A stretch of 64,000 bases of DNA, from NCBI GenBank assembly GCA_041303965.1, contig JBFYOD010000037.1, positions 8,693 through 72,692 on the forward strand. Direction: 5' to 3'. The translations under genes were made by a program, and so were the position numbers. Below are positions 18,412 to 28,749 of this stretch, piece after piece. The notes under the pieces are model-generated. The model saw only the letters and a list, made by a program, of their open reading frames with translations, was not told where the DNA came from and searched no databases. Position 1 is the first letter of the stretch. Each line of letters starts with the position of its first letter. Origin of the DNA: Candidatus Aminicenantes bacterium. Lineage in GTDB: Bacteria; Acidobacteriota; Aminicenantia; Aminicenantales; Saccharicenantaceae.

Positions 18412-20817
18412 CTAATCTTCGTAATAGAACCGCCGGCGGGCGGACTTGTTGTTGACCGTGTTGGCGTCAAGGGCCCACATGCCGCGGCCGTGCGTCGCGA
18501 TGACGATAATGTTGTCGCGGGGATGGATGATCAGGTCATGGACGTAGACGGTCGTGAGGTTCCCGCCGAGGACCATCCAGGTTTTCCCGCCGTCTAGCGT
18601 GACATAGGCGCCCATATCGGTGCCGACGTAGAGGATGTCCTTGTTGACGGGGTCCTCTCGGATGACGTTGACCGGACCGACCGGGATACCCTTGGCCAGA
18701 CTCGTCCACGTCTTGCCGTAGTCCGCGGACTTCCAGACGTAGGGCGTGAAGTCGTCGTCGCGCTTGCCGTTCTGGGTGAGGTAGACCGTGCCCAGGTCGT
18801 AGGCGGAGGCGACGACACGCGACATCCACTTGCCCGGGGCCAGGCCGGCGGTGATCTCCTGCCAGGCCTTGCCGCCGTCCTTGGTGATCCACAGCCGCCC
18901 GTCGTCCGTCCCGGCGTAGAGCAGTCCGTACTTGAGGGGAGATTCGGAGATGGTGAAGAGCGTCTGATAGCGGATGTCGCCCCGCGTCGGCGGGTCGTTC
19001 GTCGTCAGGTCGGGGCTGATCCTCTCCCATGTGTCGCCCCGGTCGAGGGACCGGAAGAGATATTGCATGCCGTGGTAGACGATGTTCGGATTGTGCGGCG
19101 AGAGGATGAAGGGGGCCAGCCACTGGCCGCGAAGCGGCGGCTCGTTCTCATAGACGGCCGGGAGGAGGTTCTTTGAAACTGGGAAGCCGCGAAAGCCGCC
19201 GGCTTGGGCGTAATCGGAACGGGAGATCGTCCCGTAAAATCCGGCCGAATAGACGATGTTCGGGTCGGTCGGGTCAATGGCGTGGTTCGAGCCCTCGCCG
19301 CCCGGAGCGTTCTCGAACTCCTGGGCGGGGATCTTGTCCCGCCCCTGGCTGAGATCGACCTTGCCGCGGAAACTGCCGTGGTCCTGCATCGATCCGTAGA
19401 CCTTGAACGGCGTGGCCATGTCGTAGTTGAGGTTGAAGAACTGGCAGACGTTGATTTCCTTCTGGAAGTAGTGCCAGCTCTTGCCCTTGTCGTAAGATAC
19501 GGCGACGCCCTGGTCGAAGCCGTTGATGAGGTAATTCGAGTTGGCCGGGTCGATCCACAGGGCATGATTGTCTCCGCCCGGAGTGTCGAGATACTTGAAC
19601 GTCTTGCCGCCGTCGGTCGAGACGCTGATCGGGACACCCATGATGTAGACGGTGTTCTCGTCGTTGGGGTCGACGCGGATCTGCCCGAAGACCCAGCCGT
19701 AGGTCCCGGAGTGCTGTTGCATAAAAGTTTTTTGTTGAGGCGTCAGGCCGCTCACCTGGGCCCAGGAGGCGCCGCCGTTGTCGGACCGATAGACCGTGGC
19801 GCCCTTGATGAAGCCCTTGCCGGGATCATAGTAGCCCCGCACCGAGTCCAGCTCCGCCTGGGTCGTCTCGCGCAGCTCATAATTATCGACCAGCGCGTAG
19901 AGGACGTCCGGCTTTGTCAGACAGATGTCGAATCCGATCCGCCCACGGAACTTGGCCTCTGGGAGGCCGGTATTGACGGGGGTCCAGGTCTTGCCGCCGT
20001 CCGTCGTCTTAAAAATGCCGCTCCCGGTGTGGTCCTCGTACGTGCGCGGGTCGTTCCATTTCATCCGGGTCCTCTGCCACATCGCGGCGTAGAGCGTGTC
20101 GCTCGAGCGCGGGTCCATGACCAGGTCATAGGCCCCGGTCTCGTCGTTGACGAAAAGGACCTTCTCCCAGGTCTTGCCGCCGTCGACGGTCTTATAGACG
20201 CCGCGGTCGGCGTTCTTCGTCCACTCGTGCCCGCCGGCCGCGACGTAGACGACGTCGGGGCTCGTCGGATGGACGACGATCCGCGAGACGGTGTTCGTGT
20301 CGGCCAGGCCCATATGGGCCCAGGTCTTGCCGCCGTCGGCCGACTTGAAGACGCCGATGCCGGCCTGGGAGCTGCGGAAGATGTTGTGCTCGCCGGTCCC
20401 GACCCAAAGGATATTCTGGTCGGACGGAGCCAGGGCGATGTCGCCGATGGCCGCCGTGACCATGTTCTCGAAGATGGGCGTCCATGACGTGCCCTCGTTC
20501 TCCGTCTTCCAGACGCCGCCGGAAGCCGTGGCGACATAGATCGCGTAGTTCTTGCCCTTGGGCGTGACGACGGCGACGTCGGTCACCCGGCCGCTGACGT
20601 TCGTCGGGCCGATGAACTGCCACTTGAGGTCCTTGAACTTCGAGGCCTGCTGCATGGCCTTGTAGTCCTCGAAGCCCTTGAGCCGGAGCTCGGGGTTCGT
20701 CGATTGCAGGACCTTGGGCTTCTTCGCCTGCTGGGCGAAGGGCAGGGCGGCCAGAACGAGCATGGCCGCGACGATGAACAGGGCCTTCTTGGCGGGGGAT
20801 TTACGGAAAAACGACAT
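18412..20817 (-). CDS. Secreted BNR/Asp-box repeat protein (sortilin/VPS10-like, Ycf48-like propellers)
   Basis: Signal peptide after MSFFRKSP; many SxDxGxTW Asp-box repeats (SADGGKTW, TVDGGKTW, TTDGGKTW, STDGGKTF, TLDGGKTW). Confidence 0.65.
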   Translation of the reverse strand: MSFFRKSPAKKALFIVAAMLVLAALPFAQQAKKPKVLQSTNPELRLKGFEDYKAMQQASKFKDLKWQFIGPTNVSGRVTDVAVVTPKGKNYAIYVATASGGVWKTENEGTSWTPIFENMVTAAIGDIALAPSDQNILWVGTGEHNIFRSSQAGIGVFKSADGGKTWAHMGLADTNTVSRIVVHPTSPDVVYVAAGGHEWTKNADRGVYKTVDGGKTWEKVLFVNDETGAYDLVMDPRSSDTLYAAMWQRTRMKWNDPRTYEDHTGSGIFKTTDGGKTWTPVNTGLPEAKFRGRIGFDICLTKPDVLYALVDNYELRETTQAELDSVRGYYDPGKGFIKGATVYRSDNGGASWAQVSGLTPQQKTFMQQHSGTYGWVFGQIRVDPNDENTVYIMGVPISVSTDGGKTFKYLDTPGGDNHALWIDPANSNYLINGFDQGVAVSYDKGKSWHYFQKEINVCQFFNLNYDMATPFKVYGSMQDHGSFRGKVDLSQGRDKIPAQEFENAPGGEGSNHAIDPTDPNIVYSAGFYGTISRSDYAQAGGFRGFPVSKNLLPAVYENEPPLRGQWLAPFILSPHNPNIVYHGMQYLFRSLDRGDTWERISPDLTTNDPPTRGDIRYQTLFTISESPLKYGLLYAGTDDGRLWITKDGGKAWQEITAGLAPGKWMSRVVASAYDLGTVYLTQNGKRDDDFTPYVWKSADYGKTWTSLAKGIPVGPVNVIREDPVNKDILYVGTDMGAYVTLDGGKTWMVLGGNLTTVYVHDLIIHPRDNIIVIATHGRGMWALDANTVNNKSARRRFYYED

Positions 20818-20923
20818 CGGACACCTCCTCTGGGGATAGAGAAACCTCACTATAATCGAACCGTTCGCGTCCTGTCAATGAGGGTGATAGCACCTTCGGA
20901 TGGGCGTGGTATAATAGCCGGAA

Positions 20924-21337
20924 ATGCGCGTCCGGAAAGCCAGTCCAGAAGACATCCCCCCCGTGGTCGAATTGGCCAGAACGCTGGGCCTCGACTATCC
21001 CGGGATGGAATTGGACCAGCTCTGGGTAGCGGAGGAATCCGGGGTCATCGCCGGCCTCGTCGCCCTCAAGAAGCACCCTGACTGCCTCGAGCTCTGCGGT
21101 CTCGGGGTCGATCCGGGATCCCGGGGGAAGGGCCTCGCGAAAGCGCTCGTCGAAGCCCTCATGGCCGAGGCCCCGGCGGACGTCCACCTGGCGACGACGA
21201 TCCCCGGCTTCTTCGAGACATGCGGCTTCGATAGAACGTCGGAAATCCCCGCGACCTTCCCCGAGAAGCGGAAAACCCCTTGGTGCGATGGTTGTCCGCA
21301 GGAGCGGTGCACGGTCATGTTGAGAAAAATAAAGTGA
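20924..21337 (+). CDS. GNAT-family N-acetyltransferase
   Basis: 137 aa, acetyl-CoA-binding motif region (GLGVDPGSRGKGLAKALVEAL). Confidence 0.7.
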   Translation: MRVRKASPEDIPPVVELARTLGLDYPGMELDQLWVAEESGVIAGLVALKKHPDCLELCGLGVDPGSRGKGLAKALVEALMAEAPADVHLATTIPGFFETCGFDRTSEIPATFPEKRKTPWCDGCPQERCTVMLRKIK

Positions 21338-22209
21338 GCGCGCCCGTCTATCCCGAGTTCAAGCCCGTCGGCCTCGAGGACCAGGGCATTTTCAAGGAGC
21401 ACCTCGACCGCGAGCCCTCCGGCGTCTGCGAGATGAACTTCGCCAATATCTTCATCTGGAAGGACTCCGAGCGCCCGCGCTGGACTCTGCTCAACGGCAA
21501 CCTCTGTGTGCTCGTCGAGCCCGATTTCGAGCCGGCCTATTTCCTGCCCCCGGCGGGCGGCGACCGCGTCGCGGAGACGATCGCGGCGTGCCTCCGCCAC
21601 GCGCCCCGCTTGTCGCGCGTCCCCGAGCCGTTCGTCCGGCGGTACTGCGCCGGCTTCCGCGTCGAGGAGGACCCCGCGAACTTCGACTACATCTACCGCG
21701 TCGAGGACCTGATCGAACTGCGGGGCAAGAAATACGACGGCAAGCGCAACCGGATCAGGAAATTCGAGTCGGCCTGTCCCCACGAATACTCCGTCTTGAC
21801 GTGCGGCGACGTCCCCGGCTGCGTCCGGCTGCTCGAGGTCTGGTTCGAGGGGAAGGCCAACGCCGACGCTTACATGATGGCCGAGAAGACGGCCATCGTC
21901 CAGGCGCTGGCCTCGTTCGAGCGTCTCGGCCTCAAGGGCGGCGTCGTCAAGGTCGGCGGCCGGGTCGAGGCCTTCACCATAGGCATGCGCCTGACCGACG
22001 ATACCGCCGTCATCCAGATCGAGATCGCCAATCCGGGCCTGGCCGGGCTGGCCCAGTGGGTCAACCGGGAGTTCGTCCGCCGGGAATGGACGGCGTTCAC
22101 GTTCATCAACCGGGAACAGGACATGGGGATCGTCGGGTTGAGAACGGCCAAGCTGTCTTATCAGCCGGCCGGCCTTGTCAAGAAATCCAACCTTTACGCC
22201 AGGCCCTAG
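21334..22209 (+). CDS. DUF2156-domain protein (MprF C-terminal aminoacyl-transferase-like domain, stand-alone)
   Basis: Start set to in-frame GTG at 21334 overlapping the GNAT stop; approx 290 aa with no TM segments; resemblance to the lysyl-PG synthase catalytic domain is recalled family knowledge, not searched. Confidence 0.55.
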   Translation: MSAPVYPEFKPVGLEDQGIFKEHLDREPSGVCEMNFANIFIWKDSERPRWTLLNGNLCVLVEPDFEPAYFLPPAGGDRVAETIAACLRHAPRLSRVPEPFVRRYCAGFRVEEDPANFDYIYRVEDLIELRGKKYDGKRNRIRKFESACPHEYSVLTCGDVPGCVRLLEVWFEGKANADAYMMAEKTAIVQALASFERLGLKGGVVKVGGRVEAFTIGMRLTDDTAVIQIEIANPGLAGLAQWVNREFVRREWTAFTFINREQDMGIVGLRTAKLSYQPAGLVKKSNLYARP

Positions 22210-22218
22210 GCCCGGGCC

Positions 22219-23049
22219 TTACAGGGACAACGTTTCGCCGAGGGCGTAGTGCCCCTTCTCGTCCCGGGTGATCCGGCCCGCCGTTACGTCCGGGTCGTGG
22301 CCGAAGACGAGGATCCAGCCTCCGGCGACGGCCCGGTTCAGGAGGTCGTCCTTTTCTACGAGCAGGGTTTCCGCGGCGACGTCGTAGCCCATCAGGTAGG
22401 GGAGCGGGAGGTGGCGTGAGGTCGGCACGATGTCCGCGGGGAACGCGAGAGAGGAACCGTCGCCCTTGACCTCGACCCATTGGTGCCCGCGCGTATGGCC
22501 GTCCCCCCGGTGGACCCAGAGGCCCGGATAGATCTCCTGGGAGCCCGAGGTCAGGACGAGCCGCGTCCGCTCGAGGAGCTTGACGTCCTCCGCGAGGTAG
22601 CTGGCCCGTTCGCGGGCGTTCGGCTTCTTGGCGTTCTCGATGTTGGCCGCCTGGACGTAGACCCTGGCGTCGGGATAGCGGAGGTCGGCCTCGCCCTCGG
22701 CCCCGGGCCGGGCCTCGAATATTCCCCGGGCGTGGTCGAAATGGAGATGGGTGAGAATGATATCGGTGACGCTCGCCGGATCCAAACCGGGGCCGTCGGC
22801 TTGGGGCCGGATGTCGAAGATGCGCCTCGGCTTTTCCGTCCAACGGTCGCCCATGCCGGCGTCGACCATGAAGACGCGCGCCCCGGCCCGGATGACGAGG
22901 GAACGGGCGGCGAGCCGAATGCGGTTCTCGTCGTCCGGCGGCGCGAGCTTCGACCAGATCGTCTTGGGGACGGTCCCGAACATGGCGCCGCCGTCCAGGC
23001 GAAAAAAGCCGTGGTTGTATACGGAAATGTCAAAGGTGCCGAATCTCAT
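22219..23049 (-). CDS. MBL-fold metallo-hydrolase
   Basis: HLHFDH (HxHxDH) zinc-binding motif, typical beta-lactamase-fold length. Confidence 0.75.
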   Translation of the reverse strand: MRFGTFDISVYNHGFFRLDGGAMFGTVPKTIWSKLAPPDDENRIRLAARSLVIRAGARVFMVDAGMGDRWTEKPRRIFDIRPQADGPGLDPASVTDIILTHLHFDHARGIFEARPGAEGEADLRYPDARVYVQAANIENAKKPNARERASYLAEDVKLLERTRLVLTSGSQEIYPGLWVHRGDGHTRGHQWVEVKGDGSSLAFPADIVPTSRHLPLPYLMGYDVAAETLLVEKDDLLNRAVAGGWILVFGHDPDVTAGRITRDEKGHYALGETLSL

Positions 23050-23188
23050 CGTCCGTGCGTCCAGCGGCAGTCTAACACGGGACGCGGGTTTTCGTCCAGG
23101 GCCGGAGGGCTTGTTTACAAGTCGGGATTTGGTTATCCTAGTGTCTCGCTGTCCTAAAGGGATCGACGATCGTTAGAGGAGAATTGAT

Positions 23189-24604
23189 ATGGTGGATCAG
23201 CCCACGAACATCAAGCTGGACCAGATCGCGGAGGTCATCTCCCGGGAGTTCAAGGACAAGGACGTCATCACGTGTTATCTGGGGTCCAACGCGGCGACAC
23301 CCACCGCGGTCATCGAGTTCCTGACCGCGGCCATCAAGGCCAGGACCCCCCGGCTTCCTTTCATCCGCATGGTCCACATCCTGCTTCAGGGGCCGGTGCC
23401 TTACGTCGAGAAAGGGCTCCAGGACCGGATCATGACCTATTCCCTTTTTTCGGCCGGCGAGGTCAGAAAAGCGGCCAACGAAGGCCGCGCCTATTACCTG
23501 CCGTGCACCCTGGCCAACCTCGACAGCATCATCGGCAAGGGACGGCCGTTCGCGCCGGACCTGGCCATCTTCAAGGTCCGCCCCCACGAGGTCACCGGGG
23601 AATACAGCCTGGGCCTGTCTGTCGAGGTCATGCACACGGCCATCGACCAGGCCCGCATCGTCATCGCCGAGCTCGATTTCAGCATGCCCTTCACCGAGGG
23701 GCAGGCGATCGTCGATTCCGCGTCGATCGATTACCTCGTCGACGACGACGACATCAAGCCCGTCTATGCCTTTCCGGGCCCCGACTTCGACAACCTTCCT
23801 CCCGAGGATTCAAGGATCGGGGAGCTCGTCGCCGGACATTTCGTCCGCGACGGAGTGACCCTGCAGGCGGGCATCGGCCAGATCCCCGACGCCGTCGTCG
23901 GTTCCATCCGCAAGGCCGGCTACCGGGACCTCGGCATCCAGACCGAGCTCTACGGCGACGGGCTGATGCTCCTCCAGAAGTCCGGGATCGTCACCAACCG
24001 GAAGAAAAAGCAGCACCAGGGCTACAGCACGACGTCCCTGATCATGGGCTCCCAGGAGCTCTACGATTTCGTTCACATGCGGGCCGGGGTCCAAATGAGG
24101 CCCTGCACGATCACCAACGCCGCCCACGTCATCCGCATGAACAGCCCGTTCGTCTCCATCAACACGGCCATGGGCGTCGACCTCTTCGGCAACGTCTGGG
24201 CGGATTACATCGACGCCCGCCGCTACTACAGCGGGGTCGGGGGCCAGCCGGATTTCGTCCGGGCCTTGAACGACCCCGCCCACGGAGTGCCGATCATCGC
24301 CCTCAGGAGCATCACCGAAAAGGGCGAATCCAAGATCGCCAAGGTCCATCCCCCCGGGGTGAGCCTGACGGCTTCGGCCTACGACCCCGTCGTCATCGTC
24401 ACGGAATACGGCATCGCCGACCTGAGAGGACTGACGGCGGGGGAGAAGGCCTTGGCCATCGCCAGCGTCGCCCACCCGAACTTCCGCGATACCTACCTCA
24501 GGGATCTTTACGGGGACCCGATGTTCACTAAGCCTATCGGATTCACTCTGGACAAGACGCCGCGCGGCTTCATCCCCTACGCGGGGAAGGTCAAGATCGG
24601 CTGA
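23189..24604 (+). CDS. Acetyl-CoA hydrolase/transferase-family CoA-transferase (4-hydroxybutyrate / succinyl-CoA:acetate CoA-transferase-like)
   Basis: 471 aa two-domain family-I CoA-transferase architecture; conserved SENG-type region context (QTELYGDG...), typical Cat1/ScpC length. Confidence 0.75.
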   Translation: MVDQPTNIKLDQIAEVISREFKDKDVITCYLGSNAATPTAVIEFLTAAIKARTPRLPFIRMVHILLQGPVPYVEKGLQDRIMTYSLFSAGEVRKAANEGRAYYLPCTLANLDSIIGKGRPFAPDLAIFKVRPHEVTGEYSLGLSVEVMHTAIDQARIVIAELDFSMPFTEGQAIVDSASIDYLVDDDDIKPVYAFPGPDFDNLPPEDSRIGELVAGHFVRDGVTLQAGIGQIPDAVVGSIRKAGYRDLGIQTELYGDGLMLLQKSGIVTNRKKKQHQGYSTTSLIMGSQELYDFVHMRAGVQMRPCTITNAAHVIRMNSPFVSINTAMGVDLFGNVWADYIDARRYYSGVGGQPDFVRALNDPAHGVPIIALRSITEKGESKIAKVHPPGVSLTASAYDPVVIVTEYGIADLRGLTAGEKALAIASVAHPNFRDTYLRDLYGDPMFTKPIGFTLDKTPRGFIPYAGKVKIG

Positions 24605-24606
24605 TC

Positions 24607-25386
24607 CTATTTTAAAAAGACCCTCTCCGGGTCGACGACGTCCCGCAGGATACGCAGCTCTTCCGCGGAGGGCAGGGCCGTCTCCGCGGCCTCGCCGACG
24701 TCGAGGGCGAACCCTGTCTCTCGGGCCACTCCTCCGGGCGTGAGTCCCGGATGGAAGCTGGCCAGGTAGGGCAGCTTCGTATCGGGGCGGAAGCGGATGA
24801 CGCCCATGGTCGTGACGATGACGTCCGGGCCGCCGCGGACGAGGCCCGAGGCCGCCCGGCTGGAGCCGCCCTCGAGCCAGCCGGGGCTCGTGACGTAATC
24901 CACCTTCTCGGGGAAACGGCGCTTTTCGTGCTTGGCGATGATGATCGTCCGCTTGGCCAGGCAGGCGATGTCGCAGGCGCCGCCGCTTCCCGAAAAACGC
25001 ACGGCCGGACGGCGCGGGTCGGCGCCGATGGACGTGCTGTTGATGTTTCCGTAGCGATCGACCTGGGCCCCGCTCAGGAAGCCGACATCGACGCGTCCCG
25101 CCTGCAGGACGAAGGTGAAGACCTCGTTGAGGCCGGCGGCGCTGGCCGCGCCGTGCATGGCCCGCGGGTCGCCGACCGACATCGGCAGGTGGGCCAGGCG
25201 GCTGGCGACCGTCCCCGCCTCGAAGATGATGATGCATCGGGGGGCATGGGTCTTCTGGGCCAGCATGACCCCGAGCATGGGCAAGCCCGTGCCGGCGAAA
25301 ACGACCTCGCCGTCGGCGACCTCGCGGGCCGCGATGACGGTCATCAGTTCCATAAGGGAATATTGGGGCGTGGCCATGGAGATCAT
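24607..25386 (-). CDS. Family-I CoA-transferase subunit B (glutaconate CoA-transferase GctB-like / AibB-like)
   Basis: 259 aa; beta-subunit fold features; ATGA-overlapped with the upstream A-like subunit; size matches GctB rather than ScoB. Confidence 0.7.
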   Translation of the reverse strand: MISMATPQYSLMELMTVIAAREVADGEVVFAGTGLPMLGVMLAQKTHAPRCIIIFEAGTVASRLAHLPMSVGDPRAMHGAASAAGLNEVFTFVLQAGRVDVGFLSGAQVDRYGNINSTSIGADPRRPAVRFSGSGGACDIACLAKRTIIIAKHEKRRFPEKVDYVTSPGWLEGGSSRAASGLVRGGPDVIVTTMGVIRFRPDTKLPYLASFHPGLTPGGVARETGFALDVGEAAETALPSAEELRILRDVVDPERVFLK

Positions 25387-26345
25387 AACCTTCGCTTCAG
25401 GTCGGGACTGTAGCCGAACTTCGCGGACGCCTTGAGCCCGTCCAGCCGGCCGGCCCCGCCCACGGCCTCGAGGTAGGCCCGGTGGTCGCGGGTCCCATAG
25501 ACGTATGTGTCGAGGTAGGCCCGATAGGCCGCGTCGTCCCGGGCGCCGTCGTGATATTCCTTGAGCTGAAGGGGATCGTAGTCGTAATAATTGTAGACCG
25601 CGTAAGGGTGGGCCCCGAAGGGGACGTGGCAGACATGCTTGACGACGAAGAAGGGGATCGGATTGAGCTCCGGCGTCCGGCGCAGCACGTCGTCCTCGAC
25701 GATGTCCTCGGCCGTTACGATGACCATGTCGGCGCAGAGGGCCTGCTGGATGTCGGCATAGCTCTGGCCTTCGATCCGGACCATCCCCGTGGCCGTCGCC
25801 TTTTGGACGTGGAGGACGGCGAATTCCGTGTGGATGGCCGGCACGAGGACGACCCGGTCGGCCGGGTCGAAGGGCGAATCCATGACGTGGGCTTTCTTAG
25901 CCGCCGTGCGGGGGTCGGCCGCCCTCGCTTCGGGCGTCAAGGCCTCCTTTCCGACGACGTCGCTCCCGAGAAGACTGCGGACGGGCATGAAGGGGATGCC
26001 CATGGCGCCGGCCGTGAACCGGGCGACCATGGAGAAGTTGCTGTAGTCCTCCCACTCGATCTCCCCGCGTTCGACGGCCCGCCGCCAGCGCGGGCCGACG
26101 GTGTTGAAGGCCTCGTCGGCCTCGTAGGCCAGCTCGACCCGCTTGACGCATCCGGCGCCGATGAGGATGTCCCAGTCGCCGCCCGGCGAATGGCCGAAGA
26201 GATAGAGGTTTCGCCTCTTCAAACGGATGAGCTCATAGACGAAGGCCATCGGGTGGCGCTGGGTGGTGAAACCGCCGACGGAGAGCGTGGCTCCGTCGGG
26301 GACGAGCGCCGCTGCCTCTTGAAGTCCGATCAATTTACCGGGCAT
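25383..26345 (-). CDS. Family-I CoA-transferase subunit A (glutaconate CoA-transferase GctA-like / AibA-like)
   Basis: 320 aa; N-terminal LSVGGFTTQRHP CoA-transferase alpha motif region; divergent from the HMG-CoA synthase operon. Confidence 0.7.
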   Translation of the reverse strand: MPGKLIGLQEAAALVPDGATLSVGGFTTQRHPMAFVYELIRLKRRNLYLFGHSPGGDWDILIGAGCVKRVELAYEADEAFNTVGPRWRRAVERGEIEWEDYSNFSMVARFTAGAMGIPFMPVRSLLGSDVVGKEALTPEARAADPRTAAKKAHVMDSPFDPADRVVLVPAIHTEFAVLHVQKATATGMVRIEGQSYADIQQALCADMVIVTAEDIVEDDVLRRTPELNPIPFFVVKHVCHVPFGAHPYAVYNYYDYDPLQLKEYHDGARDDAAYRAYLDTYVYGTRDHRAYLEAVGGAGRLDGLKASAKFGYSPDLKRRL

Positions 26346-26428
26346 CCCGCGCCTCCTATGGATCCTGTATATCCCAGCCTTTTAGAAAAATCAACCCTGG
26401 GTTCGGCCCGCTTGGCCCGTTTTCCCGA

Positions 26429-26457
26429 TTGACTTGCCTTCAGAGGTAGGTTATACA
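26429..26457 (+). promoter_or_regulatory. Sigma70-like promoter candidate (TTGACT-17nt-TATACA) for the HMGCS-liu operon
   Basis: Hexamers read directly in the 184-bp divergent intergenic region; about 70 nt upstream of the 26530 ATG, which has a GGAGGAGG RBS. Confidence 0.3.
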
Positions 26458-26529
26458 TAATTTTCTCAGCCGCAAGCATCGATATTTGTATAAAACGGAG
26501 GGGGTTCCGTTTCCCCCGGAGGAGGTCGG

Positions 26530-27576
26530 ATGGCCGGAATCATCGGTTACGGAGCCTACATCCCTCGCAACCGCATCCGCGTCGAAGAGATCGCCAAGGT
26601 CTGGGGGGCGGACGCGCCGAGCTTCAAGAAAGGGTTGATGCTCGAAGAGAAATCCGTTCCCTCGCCCGACCAGGACACGATCACCATGGCCGTCGAGGGC
26701 TCGAAACGCGCCCTGAAGCGGGCCGGGATCGACCCGCGCGAGATCGGCGCGGTCTATATCGGGTCGGAGTCGCACCCCTACGCCGTCAAGCCGAGCGGGA
26801 CCATCCTGGCCGAGGCCATCGGCGCGACGCCCGCCGTCCACACGGCCGACCTCGAGTTCGCCTGCAAGGCCGGGACGGAAGGCATGTTCGTCGCCCTCAA
26901 CCTCGTCCGGGCCGGGGCCGTCAAGTACGCCCTGGCCGTCGGGGCCGACACGTCGCAGGGCGCGCCCGGCGACGCCCTGGAATACTCGGCCGCGGCGGGA
27001 GCGGCGGCGTTCCTTTTCGGGAAAGAACGGCTCGTGGCCGAGATCCTCGAAACGTACTCGTACACGACCGACATGCCGGATTTCTGGCGCCGGGAATACC
27101 AGTACTACCCCCAGCACGGCGGCCGGTTCACGGGCGAGCCCGCCTATTTCGCCCACGTCACGGGGTCCGCCCGGGGCATCATGTCCAAGGCCGGGATGAA
27201 ACCGGCCGATTTCCGCTACGTCGTCTTCCATCAACCCAACGGCAAGTTCCCGTTGCGGGTCGGGGAGATGCTGGGATTCACCAGGAAACAGATCGAGCCC
27301 GGCTGGCTCGTCTCCAAGCTCGGCAACACCTATTCCGGCTCATCTCCGCTGGGGCTCACGGCGACACTGGACATCGCCGCGGCGGGAGACATGATCCTCC
27401 TCGTCTCCTACGGCTCGGGGGCCGGGAGCGATTCCTTCATCATCCGCGTCACCGAGCGCATCGACGAGGTGCGGGACCTGGCTCCCCGGACCCGGACGCT
27501 CCTCGACACGAACAAGGTCTATCTCGAATACGGCGTTTACGCCAAGTATCGCCGCAAAATCAGGAAGGCGGAGTAG
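26530..27576 (+). CDS. Hydroxymethylglutaryl-CoA synthase, archaeal-type (thiolase-fold condensing enzyme)
   Basis: About 348 aa; short HMGCS form with Cys nucleophile region (ADLEFACKAGTEG), co-encoded with archaeal-type thiolase and DUF35 as in the archaeal thiolase/HMGCS complex. Confidence 0.75.
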   Translation: MAGIIGYGAYIPRNRIRVEEIAKVWGADAPSFKKGLMLEEKSVPSPDQDTITMAVEGSKRALKRAGIDPREIGAVYIGSESHPYAVKPSGTILAEAIGATPAVHTADLEFACKAGTEGMFVALNLVRAGAVKYALAVGADTSQGAPGDALEYSAAAGAAAFLFGKERLVAEILETYSYTTDMPDFWRREYQYYPQHGGRFTGEPAYFAHVTGSARGIMSKAGMKPADFRYVVFHQPNGKFPLRVGEMLGFTRKQIEPGWLVSKLGNTYSGSSPLGLTATLDIAAAGDMILLVSYGSGAGSDSFIIRVTERIDEVRDLAPRTRTLLDTNKVYLEYGVYAKYRRKIRKAE

Positions 27577-27585
27577 GAGGCGGCG

Positions 27586-28740
27586 ATGAGAGACGTAGCT
27601 ATCATCGGCGTCGGCATGACCAAGTGGGGCGAGCTCTGGGAGAAATCGCTCCGGACGATCTTCACCGAAACGGCCCTCCTGGCCATCGAGGACGCGGGAG
27701 TGGACAAGATCGATTCCATGGTCGTCGGCTGCATGTCGTCGGGGCTCTTCGTCGGGCAGGAGCATCTCGCCTCGCTCCTGGCCGACGATCTCGGCCGGAC
27801 GCCCGTCCCCGCGGCCCGCGTCGAATCGGCCTGCTCCTCGGGGGGCCTGGCGCTCCGCCAGGGCTTCATCGAGGTCGCCTCGGGGATGAGCGACGTCGTC
27901 CTCGTCGGCGGCGTCGAGAAGATGACCGACGTCACAGGATGCGAGGCGACCTATGCGCTCGGCACGGCGGCCGACCAGGAGTACGAAGGCTACCACGGCC
28001 TGACTTTCCCCGGACTGTACGCCATGATGGCGGTCGCCCACATGCACCGCTACGGGACGACCCGAGAGCAATTGGCCATGGTGGCCGTCAAAAATCACGA
28101 CAATGGCTCGCGGAACCCCCTAGCCCAGTTCCCCTTTAAGATCACGGTGGACGGCGTCCTCAATTCGGTCCTCGTCGCCGACCCCCTGCGGATCCTGGAC
28201 TGCTCGCCGATCACGGACGGGGCGGCGGCCGTCGTCCTTGTCCCGGCCGACATGGCCCGGAAGCTGAAGAAACCCGTGGTCCGGATCGCCGGGAGCGGCC
28301 AGGCCACCGACACGATCGCCCTGGCTTCGCGCAAGGACCTGACCTGGCTGGAATCCACCTATATCGCGGCCGGGAAGGCCCTAGCCATGGCCGGCCGGAA
28401 GATCGACGAGATCGACCTCTTCGAGGTTCACGACTGCTTCACCATCGCCGAGATCATGGTCACGGAGGCGCTCGGCCTCGTCGAGAAGGGGAGGGGCGGC
28501 AAGGCCGTCGAGGAGGGGTTGACGGCCCGCGACGGGCGGTTCCCGGTCAACCCGAGCGGCGGCCTCAAGGCCAAGGGGCACCCCGTCGGCGCGACCGGCG
28601 TCGCCCAGACGGTCGAGATCGTCAAGCAGCTCCGCGGCCAAGCGGGCGACCGGCAGATCAAGGGCGCTAAGCGGGGCCTCGCCCAGAACATGGGCGGTAC
28701 GGGCGGGAGTTCCGTCGTCCACGTCTTCGAGGCGGAGTAG
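27586..28740 (+). CDS. Archaeal-type acetyl-CoA C-acetyltransferase (thiolase-domain protein)
   Basis: Thiolase fold with active-site Cys (ESACSSGG) and C-terminal CH/GxGG regions; 9-nt gap to HMGCS. Confidence 0.75.
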   Translation: MRDVAIIGVGMTKWGELWEKSLRTIFTETALLAIEDAGVDKIDSMVVGCMSSGLFVGQEHLASLLADDLGRTPVPAARVESACSSGGLALRQGFIEVASGMSDVVLVGGVEKMTDVTGCEATYALGTAADQEYEGYHGLTFPGLYAMMAVAHMHRYGTTREQLAMVAVKNHDNGSRNPLAQFPFKITVDGVLNSVLVADPLRILDCSPITDGAAAVVLVPADMARKLKKPVVRIAGSGQATDTIALASRKDLTWLESTYIAAGKALAMAGRKIDEIDLFEVHDCFTIAEIMVTEALGLVEKGRGGKAVEEGLTARDGRFPVNPSGGLKAKGHPVGATGVAQTVEIVKQLRGQAGDRQIKGAKRGLAQNMGGTGGSSVVHVFEAE

Positions 28741-28749
28741 GAGGGAACG

